Shown here in pieces: positions 32,028-38,051 of a DNA stretch of 38,051 bases. The notes under the pieces were generated by a model, which was not told the origin of the DNA, searched no databases, and worked only from the letters and a program-made list of their open reading frames with translations. Location: positions 17,588-55,638 of the forward strand of contig MGOB01000041.1 in NCBI GenBank assembly GCA_001796995.1, given 5' to 3'. Within the stretch, counting starts at the first letter, position 1. Each line of letters opens with the position of its first letter. The translations under genes were made by a program, and so were the position numbers. Source of the stretch: Chloroflexi bacterium RBG_16_68_14 (GTDB lineage: Bacteria > Chloroflexota > Dehalococcoidia > DSTF01 > RBG-16-68-14).

Positions 32028-33125
32028 ATGCCAGCGAGACGATCAGGGACTGCTCCCCTGAAGCAGGTGGCGATGGTCTTTGACCTGAACAAGTGCATGG
32101 GCTGCCAGACCTGTTCCGTCGGGTGTAAGGTGCTCTGGACCCAGGAGGAGGGCGAGGACTACCAGTGGTGGTGCTCGGTCAACACCATGCCTGGCCGCGG
32201 CTACCCCAAGGACTGGGAGGGAATGGGCGGCGGCGCCAGGCAGGACGGCCGCGCCCTCGCCGGTCGTCTGCCTTCGCGGGCGGAGTTCGGCGGCGGCTGG
32301 CAGTACAACTACGAGGAGGTGTACACCAGCAAGGAGCACATTCCCCTCCGGCCCATCGACGGCAACGGCACCACCCAGTGGGGCCCCAACTGGGACGAGG
32401 ACGAGGGCGGCGGCCGGTGGCCCAACAGCTACTTCTTCTACCTGCCCCGCCTGTGCAACCACTGCACCCGCCCTGTCTGCCTGGAGGCCTGCCCGCGCGG
32501 CGCCATGTACAAGCGCCCCAAGGACGGCATCGTCCTGCGGGACGAGGATGAGTGTCGGGGCTACCGCTTCTGCATGGAGGCCTGCCCCTACAAGAAGATC
32601 TACTTCAACCTGGCGCGGCAGGTGAGCCAGCAGTGCATCCTGTGCTTCCCGCGCCTGGAGAGAGGGGTGGCGCCGGCCTGCGCCCGCCAGTGCCCCGGCC
32701 GCCTCGTCTTCGTTGGCTACGTCGACGACGAGGATGGTCCCATCAACCAGCTGGTCTACCGCTGGCGGGTGGCGCTGCCGCTCCACCCGGAGTACGGCAC
32801 CGGCCCCAACATCTTCTACATCCCGCCCCTGGCGCCCTACCGGCTCAACGCCGACGGCAGCCTGGACGAATCGACGCCGCGCATCCCCATGCAGGAGCTG
32901 GAGCAGCTCTTCGGCCCCCAGGTGGGACGGGCGCTGGCCACCCTGAAGCGAGAGATCGCGAAGAAGCGACGCGGCGAGGCATCGGAGCTGATGGACACCC
33001 TCATCGCCTACCACTGGAACGAGCTGCTGGGCCCCTGGACGCGAGACCCGGCCACCATTCGCTGGCTTCGTCCTGAGGCTTCGTCCCGAGGCTCAGCCCG
33101 AAGGGCTCAGCCCGAAGGGCGCTGA
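32028..33125 (+). CDS. Fe-S beta subunit 2 (NarH/EbdB-like)
   Basis: Start placed at ATG 32028 (SD GAGGAGG). Contains VAMVFDLNKCMGCQTCSVGCK, CNHCTRPVCLEACP, CRGYRFCMEACPYKKIYFN and CILCFPRLERGVAPACARQCP. About 365 aa and colinear with beta1. Confidence 0.9.
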   Translation: MPARRSGTAPLKQVAMVFDLNKCMGCQTCSVGCKVLWTQEEGEDYQWWCSVNTMPGRGYPKDWEGMGGGARQDGRALAGRLPSRAEFGGGWQYNYEEVYTSKEHIPLRPIDGNGTTQWGPNWDEDEGGGRWPNSYFFYLPRLCNHCTRPVCLEACPRGAMYKRPKDGIVLRDEDECRGYRFCMEACPYKKIYFNLARQVSQQCILCFPRLERGVAPACARQCPGRLVFVGYVDDEDGPINQLVYRWRVALPLHPEYGTGPNIFYIPPLAPYRLNADGSLDESTPRIPMQELEQLFGPQVGRALATLKREIAKKRRGEASELMDTLIAYHWNELLGPWTRDPATIRWLRPEASSRGSARRAQPEGR

Positions 33126-33174
33126 GGCCCAAGGCGACGCCGCTTGCCGGGGCCTCAGCGTCAAGAGGGACGAG

Positions 33175-36100
33175 ATGTCACGTAAGCGCGAGCGGCAGCA
33201 GGACGCGGCCCCGGGCGGTGGAACGCCTCCGCTTCTGGGCCAGCCCGTCACCCGCCGGGGCTTCCTCAAGGGCGCCTCGCTGGGTGCGGCCGCCCTCTAC
33301 CTGACCCAGCTCGGCTGCCGGGGCGGCGAGGAAGGCATCCGCCGCGTCGTCGCGCAGCCCTACCTCTACGGCGACTGGACAGATCTCTACCGCCAGAAGT
33401 GGCGGTGGGACAAGGTCACCTGGGGCACCCACCTCATCGACTGCTACCCGGGCAGTTGCCTCTTCCGCGTCTACACCAAGGACGGCATGGTCTGGCGGGA
33501 GGAGCAGGCGGGCCGCTACCCGGAGATAGAGCCCGGCGTGCCCGACATGAACCCGCGCGGCTGCCAGAAGGGCTCCTGCTTCAGCGACGTCATGTACGGG
33601 CCGGAGCGGCTGCGCTACCCCCTGCGCCGGGTGGGCGAGCGGGGCTCCGGCCAGTGGGAGCGCATCTCCTGGAAGGAGGCGCTCACCGACGTGGCCGACG
33701 GCATCCTCGACGCCCTGGAGGAGGTGGGGCCGGAGTCCGTCATCTATGAACTCCCCCCCGGCAACGGCGGCATCGTCAACGGGCCGCTGCCCGGCTGGCG
33801 CCTCAGCCGGCTTATCGGCGCGACGGTGCTCGACTCCAACGGCATGGTCGGTGACTTCAACGTCGGCCTCTACGAGACCTTCGGCAAGTTCCAGTTCGTC
33901 TCCTCCATCGACGACTGGTTCCACGCCGACCTGATCCTGGTCTGGCACATGAACCCGGTCTACACCCGCATCCCCAGCGTCCACTTCGTCTACGAGGCGC
34001 GCTACCACGGGACGAAAGTGGTCAATATCGCTCCGGACTACAACGCCTCCAGCGTCCACGCCGACCTCTGGGTGCCAGTGGAGCCGGGCTCGGACGCCGC
34101 GCTGGCGCTGGCCATGTGCCGCATCATCATCGACGAGGGGTGGGTGAACCGGGAGTTCGTGGTGGAGCAGACCGACCTGCCCCTTCTGGTCCGCCTGGAC
34201 ACGCAGCGCTTCCTCCGCCAGACGGACCTGGCCGGCGAGGGCGAGGAGGCGCGCGACGACCAGTTCTACGTCTGGGATGAGGCGTCCGGCGGCCCCGCAC
34301 CCGCGCCCAGGGACACGTTGCGGATGAATGCGCGTCCAGCGCTGGAGGGGCGCTTCGCCGTCACCCTGGCCAGCGGCGAGCAGGTGGACGTGACACCCGT
34401 GTTCGAGCTCCTGCGCGAGCGTCTGGCCGACTACACGCCGGAGCGGGCGGCATCCATCACCGGCGTCCGGCCGTCGGTGATCCGGCGGCTGGCCCGGATG
34501 GTCGCCGAGGCGAAGCGGGTGCACATCCTCCAGGGCTGGAACGTGAACAAGTACTACCACGGCGACCTGATGGAGCGATCGCAGGCGCTCCTGCTCGCCC
34601 TCACCGGCAACTTCGGCCGCAAGGGCACCGGCATGCGCGGGTTCAACAGCGCCCAGCTCCAGGTGGGGACGGTGGTGAAGGACCATGCCGGCATCGAGGG
34701 GTTCATCGAGCTGGCCGACCGCGCGCTGGACGTCGAGGAGGAGCTGCTCCAGGAGGACCCGACGCTAACGGAGGAGATGCGCGCCATTGGCATTGAGCAG
34801 GCCGAGGCCCAGCGGCGGGTGCTCTTCCCCTACGACGTGGGGCCGCTGACGGTGCCCGCCGCCTTCTACTGGTACTGGCACGCCGGCTACAAGGACGTCT
34901 GGGACGGCCACCCCGACTGGTCGGACCCAGCCATGAATCGGCCGCTCGGCGAGTACCTCGACGAGGCGGTCTCGAAGGGCTGGTGGGAGGGCGTCGCCCT
35001 GCCGCAGAAGGACCGGCCGCCTCGCGTCCTCCTGGAGGTGGCCGTCTCCACGCTGCGCCGCACCCGGGGCGGCTACAAGGTCCTGCGCGAGCATCTCTGG
35101 CCCAAGCTCAAGCTCATCGTGGCCGTCGACGTGCGGATGAGTAGCACCGCCCGCCAGGCCGACATCGTGCTGCCGGCGGCCGGCTTCTACGAGAAGACGG
35201 ACTTCCGCTTCCCGGTCACGGACGTAAACTTCCTGACGTTCACCGAGCAGGCCGTCAAGCCGGTAGGACAGTCGAAGCCGGAGTGGGAGATCTTCACGCT
35301 GCTGGCCCGCAAGATCCAGGAGCGTGCCCTGGCCCGCGGCGTGACGAAGGCGTCCGACGCCGCCGGCCGCGAGTTCCCGCTCGACAAGCTGGTGGAACGG
35401 TTCACCATGCACGGCGCGGTGCGCGAGCGCGACGGCGACGCCCTGGCCGAGGACATCGTGCGGGACACGGTGCGGGTGGGCGCGCTGCCGGAGCGGACAA
35501 CGCTCAAGACCTTCCGGAAGCAGGGCATCGTCCGCTTCACCGGCCTGGGGCAGACCGGCGGGGGCCTCAACCTCGCGACCGACATCAAGCCCGACGAGAC
35601 GGTGTCGCCCCTGCGCTGGCACGGCGAGCGGCAGGTGCCCTACCCAACGCTTACCCGTCGCATCCAGTTCTACATCGACCATGATTGGTTCCTGGAGGGG
35701 GACGAGGCGCTGCCCCGTCACAAGCCCAACCCCCAGATGGGGGGCTCGCACCCGCTGCGCATGACCAGCGGCCACCTCCGCTGGAGCATCCACTCTACCT
35801 GGGTGGCGAACAGGCTGATGCTCTACACCCACCGGGGCGGACCGTTCCTCATGATGTGCCCGGAGGATGCAGAGGCGAGAGGGCTCGCCGACAACGACGA
35901 GGTGCGTGTCTACAACGACTTCGACGAGTTTCGCGTGCGCATCAAGCTCTCGCCGTCCGTGCGGCCTGGCCAGGTGATCATCTACCATGCCTGGGAGCCC
36001 TACCAGTACCGCAACTGGAAGCCGTACGATACGGCGATACCGGGCATGATCAAGTGGCTGCACCTGGCGGGCGGCTACGGCCACCTGAAGTTCTGGCGCG

Positions 36101-36177
36101 ACAACTGGCAGCCCCAGCAGGCGGACCGCGCCATCGCGGTCGAGGTGGAGAAGGCGGCCGGGGAGGGAGCGGTCTAG
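33175..36177 (+). CDS. Type II DMSO-reductase-family catalytic alpha subunit 3 with a twin-arginine (Tat) signal peptide
   Basis: 1000 aa. Leader reads ...GQPVTRRGFLKGASLGAAALYLTQLGC. Then WTDLYRQKWRWD. FS0 motif H86-x3-C90-x4-C95 plus NPRGCQKG. Putative Mo-ligand Asp227 in VGDFNVG (GAC at 33853-33855). By eye it is closest to alpha2. Confidence 0.9.
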   Translation: MSRKRERQQDAAPGGGTPPLLGQPVTRRGFLKGASLGAAALYLTQLGCRGGEEGIRRVVAQPYLYGDWTDLYRQKWRWDKVTWGTHLIDCYPGSCLFRVYTKDGMVWREEQAGRYPEIEPGVPDMNPRGCQKGSCFSDVMYGPERLRYPLRRVGERGSGQWERISWKEALTDVADGILDALEEVGPESVIYELPPGNGGIVNGPLPGWRLSRLIGATVLDSNGMVGDFNVGLYETFGKFQFVSSIDDWFHADLILVWHMNPVYTRIPSVHFVYEARYHGTKVVNIAPDYNASSVHADLWVPVEPGSDAALALAMCRIIIDEGWVNREFVVEQTDLPLLVRLDTQRFLRQTDLAGEGEEARDDQFYVWDEASGGPAPAPRDTLRMNARPALEGRFAVTLASGEQVDVTPVFELLRERLADYTPERAASITGVRPSVIRRLARMVAEAKRVHILQGWNVNKYYHGDLMERSQALLLALTGNFGRKGTGMRGFNSAQLQVGTVVKDHAGIEGFIELADRALDVEEELLQEDPTLTEEMRAIGIEQAEAQRRVLFPYDVGPLTVPAAFYWYWHAGYKDVWDGHPDWSDPAMNRPLGEYLDEAVSKGWWEGVALPQKDRPPRVLLEVAVSTLRRTRGGYKVLREHLWPKLKLIVAVDVRMSSTARQADIVLPAAGFYEKTDFRFPVTDVNFLTFTEQAVKPVGQSKPEWEIFTLLARKIQERALARGVTKASDAAGREFPLDKLVERFTMHGAVRERDGDALAEDIVRDTVRVGALPERTTLKTFRKQGIVRFTGLGQTGGGLNLATDIKPDETVSPLRWHGERQVPYPTLTRRIQFYIDHDWFLEGDEALPRHKPNPQMGGSHPLRMTSGHLRWSIHSTWVANRLMLYTHRGGPFLMMCPEDAEARGLADNDEVRVYNDFDEFRVRIKLSPSVRPGQVIIYHAWEPYQYRNWKPYDTAIPGMIKWLHLAGGYGHLKFWRDNWQPQQADRAIAVEVEKAAGEGAV

Positions 36178-37622
36178 TGGCGCTCCTCGACGTTGGCCGC
36201 GAGACGTTGGCCCGCCGCCTGCCTCTCCAGTTCGACGAACTGGAGCGGACGACGGCCGGCGCCCTGGCCGCCCCCGACCGGCCCCTGGGCGTTCGAGGCC
36301 ACCTGGCGCTCTGGGCCAATCTTGGCTCCGGCCTCTATCTGCTGGTCGTCGGCGCCTGGCTGGTGCCGGCGCTGAGCATTCCCCAGGCCGTCATCGCCGC
36401 CCTCATCGGGGCCGGGCTGGGCGCGGCCCTGGTGGCCGTGGCGGTGCGCCTGGGCGCCGCCGAGAACCGGCCGGGCGTCGTCCTCCACCGAGGCGTCCTC
36501 GGCGAATCGGGCGCGCACCTCTACGGCGCTCTCGCCTGCTTCCGTCACCTGGCCTGGGGCGCGCTCCAGCTCGCCATCGCCGCCGAGCTGGCGGCGGCGG
36601 TAATGGGCCGCCAGGGCCTGGGCGGCGGCCGGCCTTTGTGGGCGGCCATCTTCGGCGCGCTGGTGCTGCTCATGGTGCTCGCCGGGCCGGCCACGGTGAC
36701 CCGGCGCTGGCTGGTGCCCAGCGCCCTGCTCACGCTGCTCATCGCCGTCGTCTTCACCTACTCGGCCTGGTCCGACTTCGGCGTGCCGACGATGCTCCTC
36801 CGGGAGGCGAGCGGCGGCTGGCCGAGCATGACCGCGGCCGTCGATATCGTAGCCGCGGTGGCCCTCATCTGGCTGCCCGTCGCGACCGACCTGGGGCGGC
36901 TGGGCAAGCCTCGCCGTGCCGGTATGGCCGCCTTCGCCGGGCTGGCGGGGATGACGGCCTGGTTCGTGCTCCTGGGGGTCCTGTTCATCCCTGCCGTCAA
37001 TGGGCGCGACCTGGCAGGCTTCCTGCTGGCGACGCCGGCCGGAGCCCTGGCGCTGCTCCTGGTGATCGTGCTGGAGCTGGACGGCGCCTTCGTCAGCCTC
37101 TACGGGCTGGCCTCCACGGCGCGCGCCTGGGCGCCCAAGGCGGACGCCGCCCTGCCCGCCGTCGTCGGCGGCGCGGCGGTCTTCGTCCTGGGCGCGGCCT
37201 TCATCGACCCCTTCGACTACGGCGACGCCCTCCTGCTGCTGGGGGCGGCGTTCGCGCCCCTGCTGGGCGTGTTGCTGGGCTTCCGAGCGGTACGCCATTG
37301 GTGGCTCCGGGCATCCGCGAAGACACGGCTGCTGCCCGACGGGCGGGTCGAGATCATCGCCGGGAGCATATCGCCGCCGGCGCCGGGTGGCGCCGTGGCC
37401 TGGGCGCTGGGCTTCCTGCTGTATAATTGGGCGGCGCCATTAGAGCTGCCCGCCTGGACGGCGGCGATGTCGGCTCTGTTCCATGACTTCCTCGGTCTCC
37501 CCTTCCCGGCCGACGTCCCCGGCCTGAGCGCCACCGCTCTCGGCTTCGTGGTCGCGTTCGTGGTCGCCGTGGGTACAGCGGGGCTGTGGCTTCGACGGTC
37601 GGCGCTACGTGAGGGCTCCTGA
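36177..37622 (+). CDS. Polytopic membrane transporter, possibly purine-cytosine permease (NCS1)-like
   Basis: The track ORF starts at 35685 inside alpha3. I place the start at GTG 36177 (GGGGAGGGAG 7 nt upstream; TAGTG overlap with the alpha3 stop). About 481 aa with roughly 12 hydrophobic segments. The family call rests only on weak resemblance (LWANLGSGLYLLVVGAW). Confidence 0.5.
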   Translation: MALLDVGRETLARRLPLQFDELERTTAGALAAPDRPLGVRGHLALWANLGSGLYLLVVGAWLVPALSIPQAVIAALIGAGLGAALVAVAVRLGAAENRPGVVLHRGVLGESGAHLYGALACFRHLAWGALQLAIAAELAAAVMGRQGLGGGRPLWAAIFGALVLLMVLAGPATVTRRWLVPSALLTLLIAVVFTYSAWSDFGVPTMLLREASGGWPSMTAAVDIVAAVALIWLPVATDLGRLGKPRRAGMAAFAGLAGMTAWFVLLGVLFIPAVNGRDLAGFLLATPAGALALLLVIVLELDGAFVSLYGLASTARAWAPKADAALPAVVGGAAVFVLGAAFIDPFDYGDALLLLGAAFAPLLGVLLGFRAVRHWWLRASAKTRLLPDGRVEIIAGSISPPAPGGAVAWALGFLLYNWAAPLELPAWTAAMSALFHDFLGLPFPADVPGLSATALGFVVAFVVAVGTAGLWLRRSALREGS

Positions 37623-37752
37623 TGGCCAGCGCGTGCCCTGGAGGTGATCGCCATACTTGCCGTAGAGTGAAGGAGCGAGGGATGGAGCAGGTCCTGCACG
37701 CGGATCTCCGCTGGCCGGTGCCGTGAGGGCGCCAGAGGAGAGGAGAAGGTCG

Positions 37753-38051
37753 ATGCGAGCGAATCTGGTTGCCGTACAGATGCGGGGCACCATCGATGAC
37801 TACGCCAGCGGCGAGGCGTTCCGCCGCCGTATGGCGGGGCTGATGGAGCAGGCGGCGGCCAAGGTCAACTTCGATCTGCCCACCGTCGTCTGCTTTCCGG
37901 AGACGCTGGGGCTCTGGTTGAGCTTCGTCCCTGAGGTCTATCACCAGATCCGGAACTGCAGGACCATTCGGCAGGCGCTCATTCGGGGCATCCCCCGGAA
38001 CCTGCGGCGCTTCCTGGGGGCTTGCTGGCGCTTCCGGACCATAGGCGTCCC
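37753..38051 (+). CDS. Carbon-nitrogen hydrolase (nitrilase superfamily)-like protein, N-terminal fragment (runs off the right edge)
   Basis: My own translation from ATG 37753 (SD GGAGAGGAGAAGG) gives MRANLVAVQMRGTIDDYASGEAFRRRMAGLMEQAAAKVNFDLPTVVCFPETLGLW... The VAVQM...FPE pattern fits the first strand and catalytic Glu of CN hydrolases. Confidence 0.4.
   Translation, partial: MRANLVAVQMRGTIDDYASGEAFRRRMAGLMEQAAAKVNFDLPTVVCFPETLGLWLSFVPEVYHQIRNCRTIRQALIRGIPRNLRRFLGACWRFRTIGV

Noticed and set aside
22218-36177. Reading the three alpha subunits as respiratory nitrate reductase (NarG) or nitrite oxidoreductase (NxrA).
   Set aside because: The alphas are about 925-1000 aa, clearly shorter than NarG/NxrA as I know them. 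The third subunit is an EB_dh-type soluble heme-b protein rather than a membrane NarI. The surrounding genes are for lipid and CoA-ester metabolism. An oxyanion substrate (chlorate, selenate) cannot be excluded without a phylogeny.
1-38051. CRISPR arrays, rRNA genes, IS elements with terminal inverted repeats, and toxin-antitoxin or restriction-type defence genes.
   Set aside because: I found no regularly spaced direct repeats, no transposase-like ORFs and no rRNA-like segments. The only mobile-element signature is the integrase cluster at the left edge.

Overview
High-GC (about two-thirds G+C by eye) bacterial chromosomal window, tightly packed with genes. Long antisense 'shadow' ORFs are common and I ignored them. 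From left to right the window holds the following. (1) 1-2877: the edge of an integrated element (primase-like gene, excisionase-like HTH, hypothetical Zn-ribbon protein, tyrosine integrase) next to tRNA-Arg(CCT). (2) 2921-5435: a DevS/DevR-like module with a membrane GAF histidine kinase, a NarL/LuxR response regulator and a stand-alone receiver. (3) An A-type Fe-S carrier gene, then a 580-bp non-coding gap with hairpins. (4) modABC molybdate uptake genes. (5) Beta-oxidation-type genes: two divergent acyl-CoA dehydrogenases, an HdrD/GlcF-like Fe-S protein, and a minus-strand operon of thiolase, nitroreductase and CoA-transferase A and B. (6) 18024-37622: a 15-gene plus-strand operon, the most interesting part. 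It carries two copies of a [CrtI-type FAD oxidoreductase + SCP2-like protein] module. It also has three paralogous Asp-liganded type II DMSO-reductase-family catalytic subunits of the ethylbenzene/steroid-C25-dehydrogenase kind: alpha1-gamma-beta1-delta, then alpha2-beta2-alpha3. Only alpha3 has a Tat leader. The operon also contains a MobB-FmdE fusion, MobA and a terminal permease. A 14-bp palindrome, GGGCC-N4-GGCCC, has the same architecture as the mycobacterial DosR box. It recurs in the promoter regions of the stand-alone receiver gene, the Fe-S carrier gene, the divergent acyl-CoA dehydrogenase pair and the thiolase/Mo-enzyme divergent region, and was not seen in the other intergenic regions. 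A shared ATTATAGATCA promoter element precedes two minus-strand operons. My working hypothesis is an O2-independent, redox-regulated pathway for a bulky hydrophobic substrate, built around water-dependent Mo hydroxylases. All family assignments come from reading motifs in the translations. No database search was possible.
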